Part shown: positions 40,899 through 53,125 of the stretch, in pieces | How positions within the stretch are numbered: the first letter of the stretch is position 1 | Layout of the letters: the number at the start of each line of letters is the position of its first letter | The notes under the pieces: generated by a model | The model's database searches: none | What the model was told of the DNA's origin: nothing | What the model saw: the letters and a program-made list of their open reading frames with translations, nothing else | NCBI GenBank assembly: GCA_040954595.2 | Contig: CM082582.2 | Coordinates: 4,324,303 to 4,388,302, forward strand | Origin: Balanoglossus misakiensis | Lineage: Eukaryota > Animalia > Hemichordata | Reading direction: 5' to 3' | Length of the DNA stretch: 64,000 nucleotides | Made by a program: the position numbers and the translations under genes

Positions 40899-43800
40899 CA
40901 GACACACATACATGCATGTAGACACACTAACCGGTGTTAATATCTGTGCTGTTACACCAGTTCTCAACTCCTGGCCACAATGTAAACGAAACTGTTGAAG
41001 TGTAACTATTCCCATTTTACCATGATGAGATGCTAAATATATAATTGAGTTGCCTGAAATATTAGAAAGGAAACATATTAATTAAACTTTAGCTTAGACA
41101 TGTTAGAAGCTAACTCGCTTCGATTAAATTTACAGTCTATTTTTCATTCGAAATGTCACGAACATTAATGTACCATATACTTAACTCATGGGTTAATTGA
41201 CATCGTGAACTGACACTGTGTTCTGTTAGTGATCAATAGAGAAGTATGAACTAATATATATATACATTTTTCATTTTACATCTCAGCCTATTTACCGACA
41301 AACTGCAGTTTGTTGGAGATAACCGAGACAACCCTTACATTGACTGTTGTCGGAATCGACGTTGAAAAATTGCTTCATATCGTCTGCATCTTTGAAGAGT
41401 ACTAATTCCTCTATCGGTTTCAGATCGTCTCCTTGCCCGCCATAAAGCTCGTAAAGTAACGCCTGTCGATAAAATTCAAATACACAACCAGTCAGCTTGC
41501 AGTGGGCGAAGAAATTGTGCAATGACGTCACCATTTATAACTGCATTGACGATAATTACGGCAGTTCCCGTATTTTTTCCTTTACACACGGATTGTTGCA
41601 GGATATCGCTTGTCCCTACTATAATGAACGGCACACTTTCTGCAGGAAGGTCTTTGATGGCTGAATTGTTGCTTCACAGTAAAATTATTAAAATCAAAAG
41701 AATCGGGAACTTGTATCAGCAAATTGCGACAATGCCAACCCACAGTATATATTGCAGCACTTTACACAGTTAGTAAAGTAGAATGTGTTTTGAAAATTCT
41801 TCAACCTGAGACGCTCGTCAAGTCAAGTCAAGTCAAAGCCAAGACCTTGCAGTTTTCTGAGCGCTGAAGGCGAAAACATGAAAACACCCAGTGTATATTT
41901 TGTGTTGGACTCGACTTGTCATATACTTACATCCGGGGACTCACTACCAGCATGCCAAAAGCATGATTGGTTGAAAACTGGCGGCCAATCCTCTACGTCA
42001 GTGACAACCACAGTCAACAGAGCAGTATCATATGTGTTGTCTTCCTGTTAAATAAATGTTCAATATTGCTATTTTATCGCTGACCAAGAAGGCAAATTTA
42101 GGCAAAACAGTCAGTCAGATATGGCATATGGTATTATGCCCTTTTCTCAACAAAATGCTTGTCCCATAATAGTCCATTTTGTCCACACTGAAATTGTCAG
42201 CTGTGCGCAATTCTTTTCATTTTATTCTATATTTTCTCTTATGCATGATCATATTCTTTCAATGCTGTAGGGAATTCTGTTTATTGTCACCTGAATCCCG
42301 CAGAGCTCAAATTGCCAAAGGGAAAACAATACTGTTTGTTGTGGACAAAGCCGCTACTCTTCTGAGGTCGGTTATTATTTTGTGAAGAAGATATCCAGAT
42401 CACACATTATTATACTGTTTGGTGTATTTCGGTTACCTTGGTTACGGCTATATGCAGACTATATTCGGATTTCATGCCATAATCCAGAAGCTTGGCGACG
42501 TAAACTACTCCAGACTGGTTGACAGAAAATCTGTCGTTCTAGAAAATGTGTCGGAATGATTAAAAACATTAGGTGTATTCATTAGTAGTTACATTCATTA
42601 AAGTCAGTCTATTGATCACTAAGGCAATAGATTATACACGCATTACCAAGTTTGTTAGAAAAACAATGGTAATAAACTTTTTTTGAGTCCATATCTTATG
42701 CATAGCACCTCCACTTTATATATTTCCATATGGCAAAAATGGCGTATTCTAAAGAAGAAATGGTGGCGCTCTTTTTTTTCTCAATTTGCCTAACTGTTGC
42801 TAAAATTGCATTGGGACGGTACATGTATATTGATGTAGCAATTGAGAATATCTAATATTTCTGTATGTAAAAGAAATGAGTTACAAGATAAGCAAAGCAG
42901 ATACACCCTGAATTACAGGGTTCCTCATGGAGATTGCGCACCAGATAATAATCTTACCAGATTTCCAGATTCTATAGACACATTTGTCACGTGGGAAAAG
43001 TTTCCAATGGGAAGGAAGAATACGTCAGTGCCGACTGTAACATTCTGTGGCAAAAAGCGAGAAGGAAAAGATAATATGCCAAATGAGGTGACGAAATGAA
43101 ACCTCGCTTTATATCGGAAAGAGTCGTAGTCTGAGATTTGTCGTGTTGATTACACAGGAAAAAATACTTGAATTCTTAGAATTCAAATCAGTGAAGAATG
43201 TAAATACTAGTAACTAAAAAATTGTGCAGTGCTACATCATTAATCAATTATATTGTCGCGTGCCGTAGCTTTATTTCCGCTTCACGATATGCTTCGCAGA
43301 ATGGTGACGCACTAGACTGTTGCCACAAATCGGCAATGATTAATTCAATTAAAGAAATAGAAACTATGAAAATAATAAGCTGCGACTAAAGTGGCTCACT
43401 TAGACACATGCTTTAATCTTTCAAATGCAGTTGACGTATGTTAACGTTTTGAGAAATCTGGCCTCGAGTTATTAATACTTCATATTCAAAAGGTCGTAAA
43501 AGTTATTGTTTGATATGAAAAGTTATTGTGTGTCTACTAGGTAGGTAGGTAGGTATTGTAATAATATAAAACAACTCCGCGTTTATAATTACTGAGTTAG
43601 GGCCGTATTTGGATAATTTGCGTAATCTTTATACATATCATTGCAAATTGGCACTTCTGTGTTTGAGTGAGTACATACCTCTTCTATATACCTCGTAAAA
43701 TTGCACTCATCACACGTTAAAACTTGAACTGCGTCACTGTTTCCTAAAATAGAAAAATTGCTTGTTACTATATGTGAGGTATGTTGACAATCCAATCCCT

Positions 43801-45596
43801 GGGTGTGTCAAGGGGCTAGGTGTTTGGATCCGGGTGACTGCACTCGGGGGGGGGGGGGGTGAGTGCCCGTCATTGTGCTAGTTAACGTTCGAGACCGCAA
43901 ATTCCAAGTCAACATACAAGGATGCCGTTTGTACAGAATACGTGAGGAAACTGGGAGAATAAAAAACAGACACAGCCATGTCAATGTTGAATAGTCAAAC
44001 TTGAATAACTGCTGTCTTGACGAGCTTTGAGATACACCCTAATCTGCATTCATTTTCGAATTCCCGTTTTGAATCTGTTGTGAAAATAGGAGAGAGAGTT
44101 TGTATTGACACGGAGCTTTATAGAGTCGTGACGTCATGTTTGCAACGACTGACGAAAGTACAACAAATAGTAATTACAATACAATATTTTCATTTTCTTG
44201 ACATTTTCACAGAAGGCGCTAAATAGAGCCCTTTTATATGAATAAAGAAAACGCAAGGAATTGATCCGTCACGTTTCTTATTCAGTTCATATCTGGTCTG
44301 TTTTGTGATAATGTCCGGTTCAGACCAAACATCCGTCACAGTTATATTGCCATAAGTCTAGGGGGTGACCCATTTGATATTTTGGGAGGGATCGGAAGAA
44401 TTTCGAAAAAATGTTGCTGCAGGCCGACTGTGTACATTGTAAATAGACGATCAGCCGTCTTGTAAAACCACGGTCACTACCTATACACACAAGCTGAAAA
44501 CTAATGTGCGTTTGGTGAGCAAATACATGCTTTTGGTTGAGTGATTTATAAAAGTTCCTTCTACGGCGGCATTGGTAAGGAAGCGTTCCCATCATATCAT
44601 TTTTGCTTTAGTTTTCTGTTGATATATTAAAGGCCGATGGTCGTCCCATGCGAACGTGCCAAACCAGAGACTCTGGTTACTAAAACATATAAAGTCAATG
44701 CTATAAGGCAGTGTGCTGGCCTTACAACAGACAAGATGGCGGCGACCATAGTCCGTGTCGGAGATCAGAAAAGGACAGCAAAGTGGGTGAAAAGATGGAA
44801 CGAAACTAAATTCTACGTATACGGTGCACATGAAATATGGGAGGAAGTGAATGCACTATATGAATGCCTCGAACGCAAAATTTTGGATTGGGTGTAATAT
44901 TTGTTCACAGGAAATTTCACACTCGGTTCACATGGTTCGCCCCTAAGCGGTCTCTGGTAGAAGCGAAAATATTTCATTGTGGAAAGATGTCTGTCATGAG
45001 TATAATTAGTTGTTTGTACTGTGCGTGTTTGCAATAAGGTGGAGCTCCGCCTCAAGACAATTCTCTCATTCCGCCATTAGTCGCTGTGTTATCTGTTCAG
45101 ACGTGACAGCTAACGGCGACCCGCAGATACGCATGTGTCAGGATTTCTTACACAATTGAAAATCTAAAGCCATCGTATGTGGACCTGACAGTAGGCCTAC
45201 TGATAGTGAGAAGAACAATGGAACCATAGTAACAACTAACAGAGGAGCGTTTTACCACAAAAACCACTAAGACTTCGAGAACTACATGCATGTATATGAA
45301 AACCACGAAAGTTTTAGCGGCGGGGGGGGGGGGGGCAACGTATGATTCAAGTATTAATCAAAGTACATGTACAATGGGATCGCGTGAAATGATCATTGAT
45401 GAAATTAAGTGACACTGGTTGAAATCGAATCAATATGTGCACAATGTATCATTGCAGTCTCTGTATCAAATGGCGCCACCGTGATTCCTACTTTTCTTAT
45501 AATACATGGGGAATGGGGAAATAGCCTATACTCACCAATGGTCGAATCATAGCAGACACAGAAAGCGAATAAGTAAATCCAAACTTCCTTCGTCAT
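36139..45596 (-). CDS. Cadherin-EGF-Ig-EGF-HYR-TM-TIR receptor, paralog 3 (16 coding exons)
   Basis: Signal exon 45536-45596 (MTKEVWIYLFAFCVCYDSTI) plus ~43679-43743 (NFTRYIEE); cadherin NVTVGT / LLDYG / DVEDWPPVF (~43044-41930); unknown exons ~41463-40474; EGF ~39912-40040; Ig ~39345-39528 and ~38712-38828; EGF ~38333-38458; HYR ~37927-38176; TM ~37386-37538; TIR ~37082-37226 and 36139-~36639. Confidence 0.88.
39770..39906. repeat. (AAAC)n-rich low-complexity tract
   Basis: Direct reading. Confidence 0.8.
40766..40908. repeat. Compound microsatellite (CAA)n(CAG)n(CAGA/CAGG)n
   Basis: Direct reading. Confidence 0.85.
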
Positions 45597-46332
45597 TGTT
45601 CTTAAAATGGACAACAGTGAGCGTACCAAAAAAGATGCATGTTCGCGATAGCAAGATGGCGAAGCGACTTCCTTAATCAAACTTTGTTTGTGTATTAAAA
45701 TCTGAGATTGATAGCAAGTTTACATGATCTTGTGACCGGGAAGAACCATTTTCTATGTAGGTTCGTCCAACGGGGACAGTGAGGGGGGAAATGAACCGGA
45801 TATCTCAAAGCGTTAACACAAAAAAATAGAGAAAACCGGTTTTTGGAAGGCTATTTAAATTTGTTGTCATGTGATTCTGGAGTTAACAATGGTCACGTCA
45901 CACTGAAGAAATTAAAATGTTCTCCTACATGTAAGCTTTCGGGAAAAATATAGTTTTAGGGGATTCTGAGCTCCATAATTAACAGAGAAATGTGTATTTC
46001 AAAAAGTGAATTAAGATGACAATTTAATAATCACTAAGGTTTCAGATATGTTGTTTGAAGACTAGACGACCGACTTCAATCAAATCCTCATTCTCATGTT
46101 CAAGCAGGGCCCTGTAGTACAGTGGACGCGCAGACATTGTGACGTAAGTAGCAAGTGAGTCCTTCATTCGCACACCATAAACGACGAAGAAGGAAGTATG
46201 AAGGAAAATATTACATCGTATTATGTGTCAGTTTTAATATATTTTGTCTACAAAGCAACAAGGGAGACTAACATTTTGTACAAACAGATAAAGACGCATA
46301 TTATATAAGAGAAAATAGCGTATGGTAACGGT

Positions 46333-46851
46333 TATTACGGTTGGTTTCTCATGATGTTCATGCATTGGGGAATCTGTAGCGATGAGGTATCGGGCTCTGA
46401 CGAGAACAGTGATCCACGGAGACACGTATCTGATTCACGTTCATTTATTGTCCGGAATTATATAGTACATCAACTACGCCCAGTAAAGTACATGAGGAAG
46501 GGAACGAACTCAGTAGCCTGAGGTACTCCCATCTCCCGTTAGATTATTTCTCCCTAACTTTGGAAACAAAGTTATCTTATAATTACTTTTCTCAAGGCGT
46601 GGTTAATAATGTAAAATATATGTGTTACAATTTCATTGGGCATCAGTCAACTCTATACGAACCAATTTACATAAGGTGTTATATAACAAAGTCAGTTCGG
46701 TGATGATTGACAATCAGAGCAGTCAGTTAAACACCCGCTCTCCCTATCTACTTCAAATACATAAAATCAAATACTATCAAACATTGACATTCCCGAGCTC
46801 TGGATTAATTAACCCTTGAAATCGTATTTGACCTTTATACAGATCGTAACA
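46333..46851 (-). repeat. 3' LTR
   Basis: Preceded on the minus strand by the polypurine tract AAAAGGAGGGGAG (46852-46864). Confidence 0.95.
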
Positions 46852-47873
46852 CTCCCCTCCTTTTAAACCAATGCGTCCCGCATTGGACACAAATCTCTTA
46901 AAGAGCAGTACACCAAGGGTAATCGTTCAATTCCACCCCAAGAATATATTAAGATGTACCGTATGATTTTGAAATGTAAGAGTACAATATATATAACAAA
47001 ATTGAAGTAAAATATTTAAAAAAATCGAGTCATGTCTATGAAGTGATCGTCTTGAAAAATTACAAAATTACAATACAAAAATTACTACAGAATAAAAGTA
47101 CATATAAACTTAAAATAGTATGTGCTCATAAAACCTTCGCACACATATCCACCTACTAATAGAAACAATACAATCGCAACTCCTTCTGTAAACCCATAAA
47201 ACGTTGTATCCACTATTGAACACAATCTAAATATCTGTTGTCTTATTGACTCAAAAGAAACACTCTTGCATTCTTTTACATCGAACGATCATCCGACATT
47301 CCTTATTCTCGAGTTACATCATGTCGGGCAAATTCAATAACCTTTAAAAATTTAAAACTGAAACATCTTAGCGTTTTGTCAAAAATCCACTCTTTACAAC
47401 TTCGAAAATGGCATTTTCTTCATTCGAAAATCGGATTTTCTTTGGTTTCTTTATACAAACACATAGCCATTAAAAGGGGCTATTTACACAAATTGGACCA
47501 TCTATTTTAGGTCATCAAACGAAAGGCAAATTCAACTCACAACATTTTTCTCCAGTGTTAAAATCTCTGCAACTTCAAACTTCACTGGTAATTTCTTTAC
47601 AACTCAAATACATAAACACATTTAAACAGAGTGACACGGGAACCAGGTTGCACAGCACTTACAACTAAACTCAGCAAACAACGGACTATAAAATGTCATT
47701 TGACAACTTACGTAACATTAAACGAATCAAGGGACACGCCAATCGTACACTCACTCATACAGGCCGGCCAACACTCATACCTCTCAGTCATATTCACATT
47801 TTCAATTCACCCAACCACGTGTCTCCCTTTTCCGTTTTTTTTCTGTTACGCATATATTTCTCTGTCCATAGAT

Positions 47874-50800
47874 TTAAATGTGCAAATGTGCTATAACCTG
47901 TTTCCCTTGTATCTTTACAGGATTTCTTATCAAATACTCTTTCGCAGTTTCGTTCAAATTGTCTTCATCCTCCCACGTATTATGTTTGTTTGAATAATTC
48001 TTCCACTTAACCAAATACTGTAATTTCCCATTTCTATATCGACCCTTTAACACATTGTCTATATCGTAAAATGGCTCAGAAGCATTAGTCTGACAATTTC
48101 CATTGTTGTCAGTTTCATCGAAAGCACTGGGATTTGTCCTTGACGACAAATCTCTCAATCCCAATCCATCAATTTGATCAGAACCATTTTCTGATTCTGC
48201 ATATGTTTCTGCTTCTGGACTTTGACATATTTCGGTCCCATTTTCATAATTTGTGGTTTCTGGGACATCGTTTTCTTCACACGACTCATCAGATGAGGAT
48301 GAGTCAAACTCAGAGGGGCGCAAATAAGCTCTTTTAAGTCTATTCACATGAATGACCTTACGATAATTCCTGGTGCTATTTATGAAACGCAACTTGTAAT
48401 TAACAGGACCCACCTTCTCAGAAATAATGTAAGGACCTGTCCACTTATGTACGAATTTCTTATTAACTCCTGGTTTAACAGATGGTGTGTATAAATATAC
48501 AGGATCCCCCACTTTAAGATTTTGTGACCGTTGGATATTTTGATCATAACGGTCCTTCATATTCTGTTGATATCGATCTATATTCTCTTTGGCGATTTTA
48601 TGAGCTATCTCCCTTTTAGCAGCTAAATGTTTAAGGTGTGTATCTATATTTCTCGTCCTCCCCTCAACTGGCTGGAATTCAACATCCATGGGCAATGTGG
48701 GATGCCGACCATATAACAGATAATAAGGACTGAACCCACTGGACTCTTGAGGGCTAACTCTATAAGCGAAAAGCACTGAACTTAGGTACCGATCCCAATC
48801 TTTCTGTTTACTATCGACAAACATGGACAGCATGTCGACTAGGCAACCATTGAAACGCTCTGTAAGGCCATTAGTCTGTGGACGATAAGGGGTCGAAACT
48901 TTCCTCTGGATGTTGAAAAATTTGCAAGTTTCACGAACTACTTGGGATAAAAAATTCGATCCCTGATCACTCAGCAAAACTCTGGGGCTGCCATAAGTAG
49001 CAATTACTTCATCAAACAAGATCTTAGCGACTGTCTCAGCTCGTGCATTACGTAATGGATATGCTAGTGGAAATTTAGTAAAGTAATCAGTAAGTACTAA
49101 GATGTATTTATGACCATCATAAGTTCTAGGGAGGGGTCCCACAATATCCATACCCAGTCGGTCCCAGGGTCCTGATACTGGAATAGGTAACAACTTAGCA
49201 TGAGTAGGGGGTGTGGCTCTCTTTCGTGTGTGACAATGTGCGCATGTCTTTACGTACATATTAACATCCCGGGGCATCCTTTCCCAAAAATACCTCTGTC
49301 TTAAAACTCCCAACGTTTTAGTGTATCCCAAATGTCCCGCTAAAACACAATCATGAGCCCACCGCAGAACATAATTTCTTAAGGACTTAGGTATCACAAC
49401 CTGTCTAACACAATCTAATTTACTAGCTGATTTCCCCGTGGGTTTCCAAAAATGATACAAAACCCCGTCAACAATGTCATAATTTGGAGCCATACTAACA
49501 AATTTACGAGCTAACTTTTGATCAGTTGGTAACTCATCATTCTCTAAATAATTAAGAAATTTACTCAAATAATTATCCTTTCTCTGTTCTCCCTTCATTC
49601 GTGATTGCACCTCACTGTCGAATGTTTTATCCACTTCAGTGTTGGAAGCATTTTCCTCCACGTCAGTGTTAGAAGTGTCGTTAGAACTGTTAAGTAAAAT
49701 CCCATACCCAGATGAGTCCTCACTATTAGCAGAATTATGAACCTCAGGTTCGGTTTGTTGCCCTGTATGTATATTATTTATACAAGGTGAGTTTATGGGC
49801 ACAGTGTTTACACACTTATCTACCATTGGCTGACTGTTAGGCTTGTAATTCATTTCAGGCGCATGCTCTAAATCAGTGACGTCAGACTTGTACCCCTCAC
49901 ATTGTTGATATGGTCTCCTTGACAACCCGTCAGCATTCATATGTTTCTTACCAGGTCTATAGATAATTTCGTAATCGTACTGCTGCATGGTCATTATCCA
50001 ACGGCCAATACGCCCCCTTGGTATTTTCTGTTTAAACATGTAAGTCAGATTGGAATGATCAGTCACTATAGTGACATGGTTGCTCCGTACATAGTGATCA
50101 CATTGTCGGATAGCATGAATGACGGCCAAAGCTTCCAATTCTGTAATTGAGTAATTTCTTTCGTGACAGTTTAAACTTCGACCCCCATATAAAATCACTC
50201 GTTCAACACCATTCTGTCGTTGAGCTAAAACAAACCCCAGGGCATGAGTGGAACTATCGGTATAAATTGTGAAATTTTCATTCATATCAGGATACCCTAG
50301 AATTGGTGCTTGACACAGGACATGTTTTAATTTCTCAAATGCATGTTCGCATCGATCATCCCATTCAAATTTCGTGTCCTTTCCCAACAATTTATGCAGA
50401 GGCCTTGCAATGATCGAGAAATTCTTTATAAACTTTCTATAATAATTGGCCAACCCCAAAAATGATTTCAGCTGTGTGACAGTATGGGGACGGGGATATT
50501 CTTTAACAGCTGTTACTTTACTCTCGTCAACCGCAATTCCATTCTTACTGATAATATGACCCAAAAATTTAACACTCTTTCTCATAAATTGACATTTGCT
50601 GGGCTTTAATTTCAATCCAGCTTGACGTAACCTGGTTAGGACAGTATCAATGTGTTGAAGATGCTCCTCAAAAGAGCTGCTAAATATAATAATATCATCA
50701 ATATAACATAACACATATTGCCACATAATATTGCGTAACACGTGTTGCATAGTACGCTGAAAACAACTGGGACTATTTCGCAACCCCTGGGCAAGTCTCC

Positions 50801-53048
50801 TGTATTGATATAAACCTTGATGTGTGACAAAAGCTGTTTTTGGTCTGCTCTCTTCATCTAATTCCAATTGAAAAAATCCTGACTGTAAATCAAGCGTCGA
50901 AAAATACTGAGGCTTATTCTTGCCTAACATTTCAAGAGATTCGTCAGTTCTAGGTAAGGGAAACGAATCAGGCACTGTAATATTATTCAAATGACGGAAA
51001 TCTGTGCAAAAACGCCACGAACCATCAGGCTTTTTGACTAAAACTACTGGACTAGCAAACGGTGAAGTGGACGGCTCGATAATATTTTGTTCTAACAGCT
51101 GATCAACTTGTCGCTCTAGTTCACGCCTTTTCTCAGGCGTTACTCGGTAAGGTGGGCGACGGAACGGGGCAGCACCCTCTTGTAATCGTATTGTATGTTT
51201 GATTACATCACAGTTGCCTAAACGACCACTAGAATCAACAAAAGCTTCCATATTGTGCAGTAAAACATCTCTAAGCTGTTTACGCTGTGCCTTAGTTATC
51301 TCTAATTCATTAAATTTCAATTGACCCATCAAATAATCCGTCTCTTTCTGTGTACGGGGCCCTTGAGGTGAGACACAATTAACGGCAGTATTATCGAGTG
51401 GGACTATTTCACTATTACGGGGCAAAGGCGAAAACATTCCAACAACACTGTTTTTCTTAATTTTGACCACAGTATCCAAAGTGTTTACAACTCGCATTGG
51501 AAGAAAATTCTTATTCGAATAGGCCAACCCCTTAGCTACCAAAAGACCCGGGGTTAAGCGTGTTCGTTTATCACAAATACAACCTAAAACTCCAGTAAGA
51601 TATTTATACGGTACTTTCACTGGAATAACCATTTCACTTCCAGGTGAAATGTTAACATCAACATTTGTTCTTAACGGTACGTCTGATTGTAATCTTAAAA
51701 TATTACCCTTGAAATCAATAACAGCTCTATAACGCTTCATAAAATCAAGTCCCAAAATCAGATTATGCTGAAGAGACTCAACTAAATTAACATACAGTAA
51801 TACACGCTTATTCCCAATAAAAGCAGGTATTTTCATAAATCCAATTACCTTCAATTTGTCTTCGTGTGCTGTATGTACACAATTATATCTGGACTTGAAC
51901 ATCGGATAATTCTTTAGAGCGGGAATAAGCTCTAACAACCGAATAGGAGCTACAGTAATATGTGCTCCAGTATCAATTAATGACGTCACTTTTTCATGAC
52001 ATATTGAAATTGGAATAACATTCTCATGAAAAGCACACCCATCTTTGTTAACAAAGTTTACACCATCTTTAACATTATAGGCACCCTCTTTCCCGAGTGC
52101 ATTTATACCTGTACATGACCTCCTGTCGGACGATCCATCAAAATAAAATTTCCGACTAGGCTTCGAAACATTTCCAGAGAACCCATATTTTGAACAATTT
52201 CTAGCTATATGATCGTAACGCCCACAATTAAAACATGCACGGGAATTAAATTGACTATGTCGAGGAAAACGTTGGGCAGAGTGCCCAGTAAAATTATATC
52301 TGTTCCTCTTTACCTTATAGTCTATTGTTCGTTCTCTTGCTCTGTAATTCGGCGATTTCTTCTCTCTTTTTGTCGATCGTCCTCGATGATCTGCCGCGCT
52401 TGATTTGGTCTTCATTTCTTGATCTTCTTGTTTCATCTCGTCAATCCGTGTCGAGATTTGTTGTAAAAGACCCGCTTCTGGCTCGTCTGTCTCTGGTAAT
52501 CCTGCCACGACCTCTGCTGTTCGAGCATGTTTGTACGCTGTTTCGAAGTCCTTAGGTGTCATTCCCGCTACGAACTTTAGTATGTCCGGTCTCAGTCCGT
52601 TCATGAAGAAAGATAGTATTTCCTCATCAGTCTTTTTCGCTTTTTCTGCTTTTTCGCATATTAATTCCGCATATTGTTCAACAGTCTGGTCCGGCAGTTG
52701 CTTCAGGCGAAACAGTTTCTCGTCATACAGCCACATCGGACCGCACTTATCAAAACGAGCGAGGAAGACATTTTGCAGTGTCGTCAAGTCATTTTTCTTT
52801 TCAGCAGACAGTCTGTAGAACCATCGCTCCGCTTCACCAGTCAAATATAGTCCGATTCCTTTAAGCCGTTTCTCGTCTGACCATTGCTTAAAGTCAGCAA
52901 AATCTATATATTTTTTCCACCATCGGTGTGCATTCTCAGTCTCTGTACCCGAAAAGAAACCTGGGCCTACCTGACCTCCAGCTCTGAGTGTAACCTGTCG
53001 TATTTCCGATATTTGACTGTTCATGTCGTTTAGCATCTCGCGATCCAT
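47874..53048 (-). CDS. Gag-Pol polyprotein (Gag, CCHC knuckle, protease, RT, RNase H, integrase, chromodomain)
   Basis: First ATG at 53048 (the track's GTG at 53111 lies in the PBS). Motifs: CFNCGRYDHIARNC, LIDTGA, YIDD, YTDSS...ELE...TDH, H-H-C-C plus D,D,E, WTGPY, and YDIDNVLKGRYRNGKLQYLVKWKNYSNKHNTWEDEDNL. Confidence 0.97.
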   Translation of the reverse strand: MDREMLNDMNSQISEIRQVTLRAGGQVGPGFFSGTETENAHRWWKKYIDFADFKQWSDEKRLKGIGLYLTGEAERWFYRLSAEKKNDLTTLQNVFLARFDKCGPMWLYDEKLFRLKQLPDQTVEQYAELICEKAEKAKKTDEEILSFFMNGLRPDILKFVAGMTPKDFETAYKHARTAEVVAGLPETDEPEAGLLQQISTRIDEMKQEDQEMKTKSSAADHRGRSTKREKKSPNYRARERTIDYKVKRNRYNFTGHSAQRFPRHSQFNSRACFNCGRYDHIARNCSKYGFSGNVSKPSRKFYFDGSSDRRSCTGINALGKEGAYNVKDGVNFVNKDGCAFHENVIPISICHEKVTSLIDTGAHITVAPIRLLELIPALKNYPMFKSRYNCVHTAHEDKLKVIGFMKIPAFIGNKRVLLYVNLVESLQHNLILGLDFMKRYRAVIDFKGNILRLQSDVPLRTNVDVNISPGSEMVIPVKVPYKYLTGVLGCICDKRTRLTPGLLVAKGLAYSNKNFLPMRVVNTLDTVVKIKKNSVVGMFSPLPRNSEIVPLDNTAVNCVSPQGPRTQKETDYLMGQLKFNELEITKAQRKQLRDVLLHNMEAFVDSSGRLGNCDVIKHTIRLQEGAAPFRRPPYRVTPEKRRELERQVDQLLEQNIIEPSTSPFASPVVLVKKPDGSWRFCTDFRHLNNITVPDSFPLPRTDESLEMLGKNKPQYFSTLDLQSGFFQLELDEESRPKTAFVTHQGLYQYRRLAQGLRNSPSCFQRTMQHVLRNIMWQYVLCYIDDIIIFSSSFEEHLQHIDTVLTRLRQAGLKLKPSKCQFMRKSVKFLGHIISKNGIAVDESKVTAVKEYPRPHTVTQLKSFLGLANYYRKFIKNFSIIARPLHKLLGKDTKFEWDDRCEHAFEKLKHVLCQAPILGYPDMNENFTIYTDSSTHALGFVLAQRQNGVERVILYGGRSLNCHERNYSITELEALAVIHAIRQCDHYVRSNHVTIVTDHSNLTYMFKQKIPRGRIGRWIMTMQQYDYEIIYRPGKKHMNADGLSRRPYQQCEGYKSDVTDLEHAPEMNYKPNSQPMVDKCVNTVPINSPCINNIHTGQQTEPEVHNSANSEDSSGYGILLNSSNDTSNTDVEENASNTEVDKTFDSEVQSRMKGEQRKDNYLSKFLNYLENDELPTDQKLARKFVSMAPNYDIVDGVLYHFWKPTGKSASKLDCVRQVVIPKSLRNYVLRWAHDCVLAGHLGYTKTLGVLRQRYFWERMPRDVNMYVKTCAHCHTRKRATPPTHAKLLPIPVSGPWDRLGMDIVGPLPRTYDGHKYILVLTDYFTKFPLAYPLRNARAETVAKILFDEVIATYGSPRVLLSDQGSNFLSQVVRETCKFFNIQRKVSTPYRPQTNGLTERFNGCLVDMLSMFVDSKQKDWDRYLSSVLFAYRVSPQESSGFSPYYLLYGRHPTLPMDVEFQPVEGRTRNIDTHLKHLAAKREIAHKIAKENIDRYQQNMKDRYDQNIQRSQNLKVGDPVYLYTPSVKPGVNKKFVHKWTGPYIISEKVGPVNYKLRFINSTRNYRKVIHVNRLKRAYLRPSEFDSSSSDESCEENDVPETTNYENGTEICQSPEAETYAESENGSDQIDGLGLRDLSSRTNPSAFDETDNNGNCQTNASEPFYDIDNVLKGRYRNGKLQYLVKWKNYSNKHNTWEDEDNLNETAKEYLIRNPVKIQGKQVIAHLHI

Positions 53049-53106
53049 GCTGTAATCTTTCCGCTGGACGTCGCCGTTTCTGTCTCCGATGGATTTGTTT
53101 CGTCTA

Positions 53107-53123
53107 CCCACGTATCTCCACCA
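53107..53123 (-). other. Primer binding site, probably tRNA-Ala
   Basis: TGGTGGAGATACGTGGG begins 2 nt after the 5' LTR; TGGTGGAGAT is complementary to the ...ATCTCCACCA 3' end of eukaryotic tRNA-Ala. Confidence 0.7.
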
Positions 53124-53125
53124 TG

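Noticed and set aside
46234-46819. Duplicated small ORFs (also 53030-53612)
   Set aside because: Chance ORFs within the identical LTRs.
46852-47873. Possible env or extra ORF in the retrotransposon
   Set aside because: No long ORF on the element's strand; AT-rich non-coding sequence.
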